A stretch of DNA of 57,720 bases, from assembly GCA_041306405.1 (NCBI GenBank), contig JBFZFJ010000320.1, positions 1 to 57,720 on the forward strand. Direction: 5' to 3'. The position numbers and the translations under genes are program-made. The notes beneath the pieces are model-generated. The model did no database searches. It saw only the letters and a program-made list of their open reading frames with translations, and was not told the DNA's origin. The DNA is from Verrucomicrobiales bacterium (GTDB taxonomy: Bacteria; Verrucomicrobiota; Verrucomicrobiia; Verrucomicrobiales; Akkermansiaceae). Positions 43,375-53,702 of the stretch are shown here, piece after piece (positions within the stretch are counted from its first letter, which is position 1; every line of letters begins with the position of its first letter).

Positions 43375-43874
43375 TGGAGGGTGGTTGTTGGGGTTGCCGG
43401 AGCGAGGCGGACGGAGATCGGCCCCTGGCGGTGGGTGGCGATGACGATCTTCTTCTGCGTTGCCCAGTAGGCGACGCGCTCGGGGGGGAGCGCTTCTTTT
43501 CCGGCGGCTTGGTCGAAGGAGACGTCGTTGGTGGTGATCCAGGCCCGGTTCCGGGTGAGGAAATCATTCCACGGGAGAAGCGTTCCGACCGGGTTGGCAT
43601 TCACGCGGCTTTCCATCGCCTGCGGGAGAAAGATCACCGCTCCCTTGGGGATGAGGGTCCAGCTTTTCCCGTCGTTCAGAACCACCGATTGCTTGATGAT
43701 GGATTGGTCGTTAGGTCGGCTGATGGCCGCCTCACCCTGTGCGGGCGTTTGCAAGCGGATCATGGGCGTGCCTTGCTGCAGCTTGGCGAGTTCTTCCGGC
43801 GTGATGCGGGGAAGGACCGGTGCCGCGGCGAGGGCGCTGCTAGCCAGCGCACAGAGGATGAGTGCGGTTTTCAT
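43371..43874 (-). CDS. Secreted hypothetical protein
   Basis: Signal peptide MKTALILCALASSALA; WTLIPKGAVIFLP. Confidence 0.75.
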   Translation of the reverse strand: MKTALILCALASSALAAAPVLPRITPEELAKLQQGTPMIRLQTPAQGEAAISRPNDQSIIKQSVVLNDGKSWTLIPKGAVIFLPQAMESRVNANPVGTLLPWNDFLTRNRAWITTNDVSFDQAAGKEALPPERVAYWATQKKIVIATHRQGPISVRLAPATPTTTLQ

Positions 43875-43899
43875 TTTGGGGGGAGTCTTTGGGGGATCG

Positions 43900-44727
43900 T
43901 TATTCGAAGGTGACGAGCACCGCGAGATCCTGGAGGTCGAAGCCGTAGCGGGTCGGGTCGGTTTGGCCGAGCTCCATGAGCACGAGGAACTCGCGGTTGC
44001 CGATTTTCACCGTCTTGCCATCCATGGCGAGGTAGGGCTTGAGGAAGTCCTCAAAAAGGGACTGCTGGAAGGCTTGGTTGGTGGCTGGAATCGAGTCTCC
44101 GTTCTTCAGCATGAGAACATTCGGCGTGCTCTTGGCGGTGGTGTAGAGCGGGAGCCAGGCCTTGTCAAAATAGCCCCGGCCGCCGAAGTTGATGATGTCG
44201 CCGGCCTTGACCTTTTTGTCGAGAACGACCTTGGCGGGGTTGATCTTGGCTTGCTGGCCGGAGAAGATCTTGGCCCATGAGGAGTTGTTTATGCTCCACA
44301 CGGCTTCGACGGGAAGGTCGTAAGCGTTGTTGGATCTCCGGATTTCGTCGTCATCCTCGTCGTCGTTGCTCGTGGTTCCGGAGCCTTTGGCGGGGTTGCT
44401 CGAGTCCACTCTGTCGTAGTTGTTGCCGCCGCCATTGTTGTCCTTGGCTTGCTGGAACGAAGCTCCTAACACGCGAACCCGCATGGTGAGGTCATCCTTC
44501 GGTTTGAGGATGTTGGGTGAGACGACTTCCAGGACCTCGGTGATGCCGGTCTTGTAGTGGATTTGCCAGTCGAGTTGAGAGAAACTGCCGACGCGGACCA
44601 AAGTGCGGTCGATGTCGAGCTTTCCGGTTGGGATCGTTTCTTCGGCGGAGACGGACTGGAGTGAGCAAAGGCATGCAAGCAAGCCGATAGCCAAGCGTCC
44701 GCCAAGGGGCGTGTGGTGGTATTTCAT
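43900..44727 (-). CDS. Secreted hypothetical protein with an Asn/Asp-rich insert
   Basis: Signal peptide; NNGGGNNYDRVDSSNP...DDEDDDE; C-terminal ELGQTDP..GFDLQDLAVLVTF. Confidence 0.75.
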   Translation of the reverse strand: MKYHHTPLGGRLAIGLLACLCSLQSVSAEETIPTGKLDIDRTLVRVGSFSQLDWQIHYKTGITEVLEVVSPNILKPKDDLTMRVRVLGASFQQAKDNNGGGNNYDRVDSSNPAKGSGTTSNDDEDDDEIRRSNNAYDLPVEAVWSINNSSWAKIFSGQQAKINPAKVVLDKKVKAGDIINFGGRGYFDKAWLPLYTTAKSTPNVLMLKNGDSIPATNQAFQQSLFEDFLKPYLAMDGKTVKIGNREFLVLMELGQTDPTRYGFDLQDLAVLVTFE

Positions 44728-44973
44728 ATTGTTGGGGGGTGGTTTCCTCTTGCAAGTCAACGCAGCGATTGAATGCCCGCCCCGGACAAAATTCAAGAAA
44801 TCGGATATAAGTTACGCGATCGCGTAGGGTGAGCGAGAATCGCCCATGGGCTCGTTGGTTATGTAACTGCCTTGAAACGAGCACTTTGAAGCTGAAATGA
44901 AAAATCCCCATCCCGCGTCGTGACGGCGGAATGGGGAGATGGAGATATTCAACCAATACTAACAAAAATGAAA

Positions 44974-45474
44974 TTAGCGGTCGAGAATCGAGTTCCAATG
45001 CTCGAGATTGTCCTTCTGCGACTCGAACAAAGCGGTGGTGTCCTCGTGGATGGTGATGGAGTTGATTTTGTCGCCCTTGACGATCTTGTTGACCACGTCT
45101 TGGCCGGTGATGACCTCGCCGAAGACGGCGTGTTTGCCGTCAAGGTGCGGGGTCGGAAGGTGGGTGATGAAGAACTGGCTGCCGTTGGTGTTAGGTCCGG
45201 CGTTGGCCATGGAGAAGATGCCCGCCTTGTCGTGCTTGAGCGAGCGGTCGATCTCGTCGGCGAACTTGTAGCCGGGGCCGCCGGAGCCGGTGCCGGTCGG
45301 GTCGCCGCCCTGGATCATGAAATTGGGGATCACGCGGTGGAAGGCGACGCCGTCGTAGTAACCGCGCTTGGCGAGGTTGAGGAAATTGGCGCAGGTGACC
45401 GGGACTTGCGAGGCGAAGAGCCGGGCGTTGATGTCGCCGGCGGAGGTGTGGATGGTGATTTTGATGTCAGACAT
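44974..45474 (-). CDS. Cyclophilin-type peptidyl-prolyl isomerase
   Basis: [46 protein letters not shown]. Confidence 0.95.
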   Translation of the reverse strand: MSDIKITIHTSAGDINARLFASQVPVTCANFLNLAKRGYYDGVAFHRVIPNFMIQGGDPTGTGSGGPGYKFADEIDRSLKHDKAGIFSMANAGPNTNGSQFFITHLPTPHLDGKHAVFGEVITGQDVVNKIVKGDKINSITIHEDTTALFESQKDNLEHWNSILDR

Positions 45475-45511
45475 GGCCGGCAGGAAACACCGGATTTGAC
45501 CGTCTGGCAAC

Positions 45512-46675
45512 TCATGCGTTTGCCAATACCCACGCGTATTCCCCTGCGATTTGTTCCTCGACCGGACGCTGCAAGTCATCCGGCAGCACGCCCCAGGTGT
45601 AGGTTTCGATCTCGTAATGCGGGCAGGCGGCGGGGTGGGATTTACGCCAGCGGAGCACCTCGGCCGTCTGGTCGCGGGTCGAGCGCAAGGGCGCGGCGGG
45701 CTCGGCATCGAGCGGGATGTGGAAATGGACGCGCATTTCCTCGAACGCCGCCGGGTCGATTTCGTGATTTCCCGCGGCGCGGAAAAACGCGGGCAAGTCG
45801 ATGAAGCGCGTGATCCCGCCATCCGCCCGCCGCAGCAGGACCTGATGGAAATAAACCGGCTCGTCGAAGGGGCGGATCGCCGCGAGCGCCGCCGGGTCGC
45901 GCGGATCGAGGGCCAGCGCGCTGGAGAGATGGATCTTGGAAATCCGGATGCCGGCGGCGGTCAGCGCGTCGAGCGATTCACGGGCGGTGTCGTATTCCAG
46001 CGCGAAGTGGCAGGCGTCGTAGTTCACGCCGATCCTGCGGCGGATGATCTGCGCGTCCGGGGCCGCCGCGTGCAGGCGCTCGAAAAACGCGAGCGTTTCC
46101 TCCGTGTTTTCGAAATGCCCGAGCGGTTCCGGTTCCAGGCCGAGGTGGAAATCGTGCCCGGTTTCCGCAGCCAGCGTTTCCAGCCAGTCCGCCAGTTCGA
46201 TCAAGTGGCGGACAATCACCGATTCATCCGCGCCAAAGGTTTTGTGAGATCCCGGCAGCGTGGAAACCGACGCTCCCGTCCCCGGCCGCGCGACCACCGC
46301 CAGAATCCGGAACAGATCCATCGTGTAATCGACCCGCGCCTGCTCCGTCCAATCCGGTTTGAAAACCTGCTCCTTCACCCGCGTGCCGTGGAAGCTGCCG
46401 TAGGGAAAGCCGTTGATGGTGAAAACGTAGGTGTTCGTCTCCGCCAGCCAGTCTTTGAACTCCGCCAGATTCCCACCCGCCAGAAGCTCCTGTGCCGCCA
46501 CCGCCGAGAGCCGCAGGCCGATGGCGAAGGCCTCGTCCGCGCCTAACGAGCCCGCCGCCCGCAAGCGGTCGCGCACCGCCAGCACGTGGGTGCGCAGCAC
46601 CGCGAAGGTCTCCACCCAGGTTTCCGCCGGGTGGATGTTGGTGCAGTAGGAGAGGTGGGACGGGTGGAAATTCAT
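45512..46675 (-). CDS. eboE: EboE-like xylose-isomerase-fold protein
   Basis: [53 protein letters not shown]. Confidence 0.88.
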   Translation of the reverse strand: MNFHPSHLSYCTNIHPAETWVETFAVLRTHVLAVRDRLRAAGSLGADEAFAIGLRLSAVAAQELLAGGNLAEFKDWLAETNTYVFTINGFPYGSFHGTRVKEQVFKPDWTEQARVDYTMDLFRILAVVARPGTGASVSTLPGSHKTFGADESVIVRHLIELADWLETLAAETGHDFHLGLEPEPLGHFENTEETLAFFERLHAAAPDAQIIRRRIGVNYDACHFALEYDTARESLDALTAAGIRISKIHLSSALALDPRDPAALAAIRPFDEPVYFHQVLLRRADGGITRFIDLPAFFRAAGNHEIDPAAFEEMRVHFHIPLDAEPAAPLRSTRDQTAEVLRWRKSHPAACPHYEIETYTWGVLPDDLQRPVEEQIAGEYAWVLANA

Positions 46676-46707
46676 GGGAGTGGGGTGTTGCCGGAGTGCG
46701 GAGGGCT

Positions 46708-46741
46708 TTCGGACTGCGGGGACACGTCCCCGCAGTCCGAA
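46708..46741. repeat. REP-like palindrome (family 2)
   Basis: ttcggactgcggggac-ac-gtccccgcagtccgaa, perfect 16-bp arms; outer gagtgc/gcactc pairing. Confidence 0.85.
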
Positions 46742-46760
46742 GGACTGTCATCCGCGGCAC

Positions 46761-47561
46761 TCATGCCACAAACCTCGGCGACTGGCTGAGGAACCTGCGG
46801 GGGTTCTGGTAGATGATCTGCTCGATCTGCTCCGCGGTGTGCTTGCGGCGTTTCATTTCGAGCGCGCACTTGGGCACGGCGAGGGGGTCGGAGTGGCCCC
46901 AGTCGCAGGCGGAGTTCATCCACAGCCGCTCGGTGCCGTAGATTTCCAGCATGTCGATGGCGCGGTTCGGCGTGCACTTGCTTTCCGGATAGAGCGTCAT
47001 GCCGGCCCAGTAGCCGGCGTCGAGGACGTGGGAAATCGTGTGTTCCTCGACGTGGTCGATGATGACTTTCCCGCGGTCTAACTTTGAGAACGAGGCGAGC
47101 GAATCGAGGATCAGCCGGGTGCCCTTGAGCTTGTCCTCGAGGTGGGGCGTGTGGATCAGGATCGGCAAATCGCGGTCGAGCGCGAGCTGCACGTGCTCCT
47201 CGAAGATCGCCAGCTCGTTGCGGGTGTTCTTGTTCAGCCCGATCTCGCCGATGCCTAACACCGTCGGGCGATCGAGGAACTGCGGGATCAGGCTCATCAC
47301 CTCGCGGGCGAATCCCGGATCGTCGGCTTCCTTCGGGTTGATGCAGAGCCACGAGTAATGCTTGATGCCGTATTTCGCCGCGCGCTTCGGCTCATACTCG
47401 GTGAGCTGGCGGAAATAGTCGTGAAATCCGTCTGCGGACGAACGGTCGAAGCCGGCCCAGAAGGCGGGTTCGCAAATCGCCTCGCAGCCTGCGAGCGCGA
47501 GTTTCTCGTAGTCGTCGGTGGTCCGGCTGACCATGTGGGCGTGGGGCTCGATGTATTTCAC
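46761..47561 (-). CDS. TatD-family hydrolase (EboB-like)
   Basis: [45 protein letters not shown]; adjacent to eboE. Confidence 0.85.
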   Translation of the reverse strand: MKYIEPHAHMVSRTTDDYEKLALAGCEAICEPAFWAGFDRSSADGFHDYFRQLTEYEPKRAAKYGIKHYSWLCINPKEADDPGFAREVMSLIPQFLDRPTVLGIGEIGLNKNTRNELAIFEEHVQLALDRDLPILIHTPHLEDKLKGTRLILDSLASFSKLDRGKVIIDHVEEHTISHVLDAGYWAGMTLYPESKCTPNRAIDMLEIYGTERLWMNSACDWGHSDPLAVPKCALEMKRRKHTAEQIEQIIYQNPRRFLSQSPRFVA

Positions 47562-47824
47562 AGGGATGGCGGCGCTCCGGTGGCGCCTTGGAAGGGCGCG
47601 GTTTGGGGAAGATCGGTGGTGTGGTCCGAGAAGGATTCCAAGACGGCTTTCGCGCGGTCGGGGCGGTCGGAGAAGAGAATCGGCAGCGCGGTTTTCAAGG
47701 CGGCGAGGCGATAGTCGTCCTCGCCCGGATGGCGGTCGATCCGGTCGAGAAACGCGGCGAGGTTGATGAGCATGTGACGCGCATCGATGAATTGGAGGTC
47801 GAGGAGTTCCTGCTTGCTCGGCAT
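47558..47824 (-). CDS. Small conserved-looking hypothetical protein
   Basis: [26 protein letters not shown]; 4-bp overlap with the TatD gene. Confidence 0.7.
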   Translation of the reverse strand: MPSKQELLDLQFIDARHMLINLAAFLDRIDRHPGEDDYRLAALKTALPILFSDRPDRAKAVLESFSDHTTDLPQTAPFQGATGAPPSL

Positions 47825-47922
47825 GCGCGGACTTTATGAGGGGATTTTCAAATTCCCATCCCGAAAAGCAGGGGATTTGATCACGGCTTGCTAGCCGGAC
47901 TGGGATCGTGTGTGCTGCCGCC

Positions 47923-48906
47923 GTGTTTGCGACATACGTGCATGATTTGAATCCGGTGGCGCTGCCGATTTACGGCGGGCTGGCGTTGAGGTGGTATGGA
48001 CTGGCCTATCTGGCGGGTTTCGTCGCGGGTTTCCTGCTGCTGCGGAATCTGGCGCAGCGCGGCTTGTGGGTGATGAAACCGGAAAAAGTCGGCGACTTCA
48101 TCGCGGCCTGCGCGTTGTTCGGCGTGTTTCTGGGCGGGCGGCTGGGATACATCTTTTTCTATCAAATCCCGAAAGCCGGGTGGGATGGGCTGGCGCATGA
48201 TCCGCTGCTGGTTTTGCGCGTGTGGGAAGGCGGGATGGCCAGCCATGGCGGGATTCTCGGACTGGCGGTCTTCACCTGGGTTTACGCGAAAAAGCACCAG
48301 GTCTCGTGGGCTGGTCTGGCCGACGGCTTGTGTGTGGTCGGGCCGGTCGGGCTGTTCTTCGGGCGGGTGGCGAATTTCATCAACGGCGAGCTCTACGGCC
48401 GGGTGGCGAACGGCGTGCCGTGGGCGGTCAAGTTTCCGATGTCGCTGGTCGAGGAGTCCGATGAAACCCAAGCGATCGCGTGGCAGGCCTGCATCCGCAT
48501 GGAGCCGTCGCTGGCGGATGCGAAAACGCTCGATCCGCTGATCGCCGCCGCCCGCGAGAACCCGCAGATCTCGAACATCCTCGGGCAATATCTCCAGCCG
48601 CGGCATCCGTCGCAGATTTACGAGGCCTTGCTGGAAGGCGCGCTGCTTTTCGCGATTTTGTGGATCGTGCGGGTGCGTTTCCCCAAGGCACCGGCGGGCC
48701 TGATCACCGGCTTGTTTTTCGCGCTTTACGCGGTTTTCCGGATTTTCGGCGAGCAGTTCCGCGAGCCGGACGCAGCGATGGTCGGCTTCCTCACCAAAGG
48801 GCAGTTCTTCTCGTTCTTCATGTTCCTCTTCGCCGCGCTGTTTTTCGGCCACGCTTGGCGGGGGTGGAAGAATGAGGAGAGTCGACGTTCCGTCGACCCG
48901 GGTTGA
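47923..48906 (+). CDS. lgt: Prolipoprotein diacylglyceryl transferase
   Basis: [53 protein letters not shown]. Confidence 0.95.
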   Translation: MFATYVHDLNPVALPIYGGLALRWYGLAYLAGFVAGFLLLRNLAQRGLWVMKPEKVGDFIAACALFGVFLGGRLGYIFFYQIPKAGWDGLAHDPLLVLRVWEGGMASHGGILGLAVFTWVYAKKHQVSWAGLADGLCVVGPVGLFFGRVANFINGELYGRVANGVPWAVKFPMSLVEESDETQAIAWQACIRMEPSLADAKTLDPLIAAARENPQISNILGQYLQPRHPSQIYEALLEGALLFAILWIVRVRFPKAPAGLITGLFFALYAVFRIFGEQFREPDAAMVGFLTKGQFFSFFMFLFAALFFGHAWRGWKNEESRRSVDPG

Positions 48907-48930
48907 CCAAAGGTCCACCCTTCTGATGCC

Positions 48931-49950
48931 TCACTGGAACATTTCCTGCGCGGTGTAGGCCATGCCGATCGCCGCCGCGGCATCGCCGCCGACCGCCCAT
49001 TCGAACTGGGTCGTGATGACGTTCGGGTCGAGCGGGCTGTGGCGGTAAACCGGCCAGGCGCGGTCGGCGAAACCTTCCTCGATCCACACCATGTATTGGT
49101 CGCGGAACGAGGCTTCCGCCAAGCCGCCGCCGATGACGACCAAGCCGGGATCCAGCGTGCGGACCATGTCGGCGATGGCGTAGCCGAGGATGAATCCCTG
49201 TTGTTTGAAAATCTGCACCGCGAGTGGGTCGCCCTTTTCGGCGAAATCCCGGAGTTTGAAGGCTTTTTCCTCCACCGGCGCGGGGTCTTGGTTGAGCGCG
49301 TGGTCCGCCCATTCCGGCTTGGCCAGTTCGAGCCGCAGGCGGCGGCGGAGCGCGACGAGCGAGACCCATGCTTCGGCGCAGCCTTTGAGGCCGCAGGAGC
49401 AAACCGGCAGTTCGCCATCGTCCTCGCGGAAGGGCACGCTGATGTGACCGACTTCCAGCGCGAGACCGTTCGCGCCCTCGTAGCTGCGGCCGCCGGGGAG
49501 CACGAAGCCGCCACCCAGACCGGTGCCCGGAGCGACCAACAACAGACTGCCGAGGTGCTTGCGGCGCAGCGCGTATTCGCCAATCGCGGCGGCGTTGCAA
49601 TCGTTGGTCATGTGGACCGGCACGCCGCTGCGGGCGGAAAATTTCCCCTGGATGTCGGTGCCGACCCAGTCTTCACCGAGATTCGCGCGGCCCCAGATGA
49701 CGCCCTCGCTGCTGGGCGCGGGCACGTCCAGACCGATGCCGGCGATGGCGCTGCGGTCGATGCCGGCTCCGGCGGCGAGTTGGTCGAGCGCGTTGTCGAG
49801 CTGGCCGAAAGTCGCTTCGTAGCCGTTTTTGACCAGGCTGCGGACCTCGACCAACGGCCCGGTTTGCTCGGCGTGATGATTGACCAGAACGGCCTTGACG
49901 GTGGTGCCGCCGATGTCGAGGCCGGCGTAGTAGGAGGGATCGTTTGCCAT
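48931..49950 (-). CDS. ROK family sugar kinase (glucokinase-like)
   Basis: GLDIGGT, NDCNAAAIGE, GTGLGGG, EVGH...CSCGLKGCAE. Confidence 0.9.
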   Translation of the reverse strand: MANDPSYYAGLDIGGTTVKAVLVNHHAEQTGPLVEVRSLVKNGYEATFGQLDNALDQLAAGAGIDRSAIAGIGLDVPAPSSEGVIWGRANLGEDWVGTDIQGKFSARSGVPVHMTNDCNAAAIGEYALRRKHLGSLLLVAPGTGLGGGFVLPGGRSYEGANGLALEVGHISVPFREDDGELPVCSCGLKGCAEAWVSLVALRRRLRLELAKPEWADHALNQDPAPVEEKAFKLRDFAEKGDPLAVQIFKQQGFILGYAIADMVRTLDPGLVVIGGGLAEASFRDQYMVWIEEGFADRAWPVYRHSPLDPNVITTQFEWAVGGDAAAAIGMAYTAQEMFQ

Positions 49951-50020
49951 GCCAGTAAGCTGTTTTCCCGGGGGCGGGGTGTCAAGAAATTGGGGCGGAG
50001 CTGAAGAGTCATAATGGTCT

Positions 50021-50100
50021 GGACTGCTCCGACATGTCGGAGCTTTCCCACTGGCCGACATGTCGGCCAGTGGGAAAGCGGGGTCATGCCCCCGCAGTCC
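50021..50100. repeat. Composite three-hairpin REP-like element (family 2)
   Basis: ggactgc...gcagtcc enclosing gctccgacatgtcggagc, a perfect 38-bp palindrome (50042-50079) and gcggggtcatgcccccgc. Confidence 0.85.
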
Positions 50101-50291
50101 GAAAGGATGGAGCACATCTCTCGCCTCGCAAGGGCTTCCCCCCCTTGCAATTACAGACTATTCCAACCGCATGTGATCATGGCTGCCCACCAGTTTCCGT
50201 TCCACCCGACTTGGGTGGCGGCGCCAAGGTGAAATTTCACGCCCGCCTTGCCATGGGGGGCGGGAGGCGTATGTTCGCCGGCGAGTCTGAC

Positions 50292-51491
50292 ATGACGCCG
50301 TTTTTGAGGAAAATTCTGGGGGTGAACTGGGTGCTCGTACTGGTGATGTACGGGCTCCTGATCTTCGGCGTGTTCATGATCGAGAGCGCGGCGCGGCACG
50401 TTTCGATGACCAAGGAGAATCTCGCCCACTTCGGCAGCGCGGGGGCTTATTTCGCCTCGAAGCAGAAGACGTTCATCCTGATCGGGAGCATCGCTTATTT
50501 CGTCGCGGCGTTCATCGACTACCGGTGGATCCGCTGGCTGGGAATCCCGTTTTACCTCGTCAGCATGGCGCTAATGATCGTGGCGATGCAGCAGGACGAC
50601 TCGGTGCACCAGTTGAAGCTGGGCGGGTTTTCGTTCCAGCCCGCGCAGCTCGGGATCACCTCGGGGATTCTGCTGATTGCCTGGCTGGTGCAGGATTTGC
50701 CGAAGCTCCACCGCTGGTTTGGCGCGCCGTTCATCCGCATCGGGATCATCGGGCTGGTCGCGGCGGTGCCGTTTCTGATGGTGATGAAAATGGGCGACAT
50801 GGGTTCGGCGCTGGTCTGGATTCCGGTGGCGATCGTCGCGCTGCTCATCGGCGGCATTCCGTTCCGTTATCTCACATGCATGTCGTTCTTCGGCGCGGGG
50901 ATCATTCCGCTGCTGTATTTCGTGGCGCTGCCCTTGGTTTCCAAGCGTGGCCCGGAGCGGATCGACGTCTGGCTGCGCATGATGCAGGGCCGCGAGGTCG
51001 ACATTAATGGCGACGCCTACGCGCCTCACAACGTCTCGATGGCGATCGGCAAGGCGGGCTGGAAGGGTGCCGGTCACAACGCGAGCGCGGAGCAGGGGTC
51101 GCTGCACGCCAGAGGCTTCATCCCGCGGGAGACCGCGCACAACGATTACGTGTTCGGCGTGATCGGCGAGGAACTGGGTTTTCGCGGCAGTTTGTTGCTG
51201 CTCACGGCGTTCGCGCTGCTTCTCGTGCAGGGGCTGTTCATCGCGTTTTACAGCCGGGATGTGTCCGGGCGTTTGCTGGTGTGTCTGGTGGTGGCGTTGT
51301 TTTTCGCGCACGTTTTCGAGAGCATCGGGATGTGCGTGCTGATCATGCCCATCACCGGGATCCCGCTGCCGCTGGTGAGTTACTCGGGCACCTTCGTGGT
51401 GATTTGCATGTTCCTGCTGGGCCTGGTGCAGAGCGTCTGGATCCACCGCCACCGCAAGCCGCAGCTGCAAATCGAGCCGGCGAACGCGTGA
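50292..51491 (+). CDS. rodA: SEDS family peptidoglycan glycosyltransferase (RodA/FtsW)
   Basis: FSFQP, GDMGSA, AHNDYVFGVIGEELGF, MPITGIPLPLVSYSGT; multiple TM segments. Confidence 0.85.
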   Translation: MTPFLRKILGVNWVLVLVMYGLLIFGVFMIESAARHVSMTKENLAHFGSAGAYFASKQKTFILIGSIAYFVAAFIDYRWIRWLGIPFYLVSMALMIVAMQQDDSVHQLKLGGFSFQPAQLGITSGILLIAWLVQDLPKLHRWFGAPFIRIGIIGLVAAVPFLMVMKMGDMGSALVWIPVAIVALLIGGIPFRYLTCMSFFGAGIIPLLYFVALPLVSKRGPERIDVWLRMMQGREVDINGDAYAPHNVSMAIGKAGWKGAGHNASAEQGSLHARGFIPRETAHNDYVFGVIGEELGFRGSLLLLTAFALLLVQGLFIAFYSRDVSGRLLVCLVVALFFAHVFESIGMCVLIMPITGIPLPLVSYSGTFVVICMFLLGLVQSVWIHRHRKPQLQIEPANA

Positions 51492-51500
51492 CCCGCGCCG

Positions 51501-52787
51501 TCAGGCGGCGCGTTTGAGCAACCGGTTCGCTCCGGCGAACAGCAGCAGCGCGACGAGCGCGAAGGCGGGGACCTGCCAGAAAAACGCCGCGCGCAATGCC
51601 GCGCCGGGCGGGTGGTCCGGGAAATGCGCGAGCAGTCGCGAGAAGCCGAGGCTGAAAAGCCCGTAGCCGAGGTTGAACGCGAGGCCTTTGACCGAGAGCA
51701 CGGTGGCGCGCCTGCCGGAATCCGCCAGGCCGTGGAGCGCCCGGCTGACCGTGAAACCGAGGTAACCCAGCGTGGTCATGAGAAGCATCGCGGGCAGCAG
51801 GCCGAACAGCGGCCAGCCGGGAACGAGCGCGGTTAGTCCGAGCAGGGAAATCCCGGCGGCGATGCCGAGATTGGTCAGCGTGCCGAAGCGGTGGTTGAGG
51901 TTTTTAGCGATGCCCGGCACGAACCAGCCGAGCACGCCGATCGCCGCGCCGATGAAGCCGAAGCTCCACTCCGGCAGCTCGATGAGCCGGTAATAACTGC
52001 TGGTGAGGGTCGCGAAATTCCTGACGATCGAATCGATCGCAAGGCCGATGACCACCACGACCAAAGTCCGTGGGTGGGTGAAAACCCAGCGCGCGGTTTC
52101 CAACGTCAGCTTCCAGGCGTTCTGGCAGGAACTCCCGACTCCGGCTGCCGCATGGTGCGGCGGCTCGACCATCCGCAGGGTGATCCCCAGACAGACGAGG
52201 GCCTGGCAAAGCACCACGGCGACGGGCAGACGGTGGGCGATCTCGTGCGAGAGCTGGAAGCCCGCGGGCAGCAAGCGGTTCAGCGGCTCCGGGTCATAGA
52301 TCAAGCCGCCGAGGACCATCGCGACGACGAAGCCGACCGAGCGCCAGCGCATGGTGGTGGCGAGCAGTTTGTCCCACGCATCCGCCCGCGCGTTTTCCGG
52401 CAGGGAATCGTAGGCCAGCGCCTCGTCCGCGCCGCTGGCGCAGGCTTCCGACAAGCCGGAAAGCACCCGGTTCAGGACGCACAACGCGACCAACACGGCC
52501 CCGCCGCCGCGAGGCGCGAGCAGCAGGCAGAGCATTTCCAACACCATGAGCCCCGCCGCGGCGATCAGCAATTTCCGCCGCCCGAGCGTGTCGGCGAGCG
52601 CGCCCGACGGGACTTCGAACAGCAGGATCGTCGTCGCCCAGATCAAGTTGAGCAGGACGAATTGGTCCAGCGTCAGCCCGAGGTCGAGAAACAGGATCGC
52701 CAGCACCGGGTAGTAGGCGCGGGCGTTGTAAAACACCGTGAAGACCACGAAGCGCCGCGGGTTTCCAGTCAGATCGGCGGCGGGCAT
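51501..52787 (-). CDS. MFS transporter
   Basis: FEVPSGALADTLGRR motif A, SGADEALAYDSL, RRATVLS; about 12 TM segments. Confidence 0.88.
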   Translation of the reverse strand: MPAADLTGNPRRFVVFTVFYNARAYYPVLAILFLDLGLTLDQFVLLNLIWATTILLFEVPSGALADTLGRRKLLIAAAGLMVLEMLCLLLAPRGGGAVLVALCVLNRVLSGLSEACASGADEALAYDSLPENARADAWDKLLATTMRWRSVGFVVAMVLGGLIYDPEPLNRLLPAGFQLSHEIAHRLPVAVVLCQALVCLGITLRMVEPPHHAAAGVGSSCQNAWKLTLETARWVFTHPRTLVVVVIGLAIDSIVRNFATLTSSYYRLIELPEWSFGFIGAAIGVLGWFVPGIAKNLNHRFGTLTNLGIAAGISLLGLTALVPGWPLFGLLPAMLLMTTLGYLGFTVSRALHGLADSGRRATVLSVKGLAFNLGYGLFSLGFSRLLAHFPDHPPGAALRAAFFWQVPAFALVALLLFAGANRLLKRAA

Positions 52788-52874
52788 GCGAGGGGCGTAT
52801 CAGACCCAAGCGGCCCCCGGAAGCGAAACCCGGAGAGGGGCGCGCCGGAACACATTCCAAACCACCCCGCCGCC

Positions 52875-53285
52875 TCAACCGAGTCCCTCGCCGATCAAAA
52901 AATCGCGCGGCGTGTTCACCCGCATCCCGTAAACCGTCGTCCCGAGCAGCAGGCCGAAATCACCTTTGTCCAGAGTCAGCAGCACCTCGCTCCTGGCGGC
53001 CAGCGCGGAAATCAGCACCGGCTTGTCTTTGGAGGCGGTGAGCAGCAATGGCTTTCTGCTGGTGAGTGCATTGGGAACCCACTCGACCTTGGACTGCATG
53101 TCCGGCCATGTCAGGGCTGCTTCCGCTCCGAGTTTCCCGATGTTCTTGCTCGTTTCCGCGCGGCAATAGCTGGCCGAGATCAAGTGCCAGCCGCGATCGG
53201 GAGCGATTTCCGTGATCAACCGGGACAGCGACTTTGCCGATCCGCAGGCGGAAAGCAGCACGCTGCTATCCAGGAAAATCCTCAC
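52875..53285 (-). CDS. PIN-domain toxin
   Basis: IFLDSSVL...KDKPVL..A....LLTLDKGDF. Confidence 0.82.
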   Translation of the reverse strand: MRIFLDSSVLLSACGSAKSLSRLITEIAPDRGWHLISASYCRAETSKNIGKLGAEAALTWPDMQSKVEWVPNALTSRKPLLLTASKDKPVLISALAARSEVLLTLDKGDFGLLLGTTVYGMRVNTPRDFLIGEGLG

Positions 53286-53524
53286 GCTTTCCCGGCCTTC
53301 CTCCAGATGGATTCGGCATCCGTTTCATCTTCCGCGATCCAGCCCCGCAAGGTTTCCTCGGGAATATCGCGCACGGGCAGGGCTTCCGCCGGTTGCAGGA
53401 AAATCCCGCCGTCCCTGAGTTCCACCAGCATCATCGGGTGTTCGGCCGCATCCAGCCCCAGTTTCCGGCGCATGTCCGGCGGCAAGGTGATGGTGCCTCG
53501 TTTGGAAACTGGAATACTTGTCAT
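53282..53524 (-). CDS. AbrB/MazE/SpoVT family antitoxin
   Basis: VSKRGTITLPPDMRRKLGL; 4-bp overlap with the PIN gene. Confidence 0.85.
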   Translation of the reverse strand: MTSIPVSKRGTITLPPDMRRKLGLDAAEHPMMLVELRDGGIFLQPAEALPVRDIPEETLRGWIAEDETDAESIWRKAGKA

Positions 53525-53530
53525 GCAGTA

Positions 53531-53559
53531 ATGCTGCAATGCGGCATTGCGAGTGTCAA
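53531..53559 (-). promoter_or_regulatory. Putative leaderless promoter with operator palindrome for the AbrB/PIN pair
   Basis: TTGACA-17bp-CAGCAT, 6 nt before ATG; gcaatgc-g-gcattgc palindrome in the spacer. Confidence 0.5.
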
Positions 53560-53570
53560 GTCGGCGGTGA

Positions 53571-53588
53571 GGACTGCTCCGACATGTC
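53571..53588. repeat. Partial family-2 REP-like copy
   Basis: ggactgctccgacatgtc identical to 50021-50038. Confidence 0.65.
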
Positions 53589-53702
53589 CCGCGCCGTCCG
53601 CACCTCTCCCGCCGTCCCGGAATCCGACTGAGACAGTCGGAACACATTTGAGAACCCATTCCACAGGTTGCCAGCCCGCATTCGTCCTGCTACCGTCCCG
53701 CC

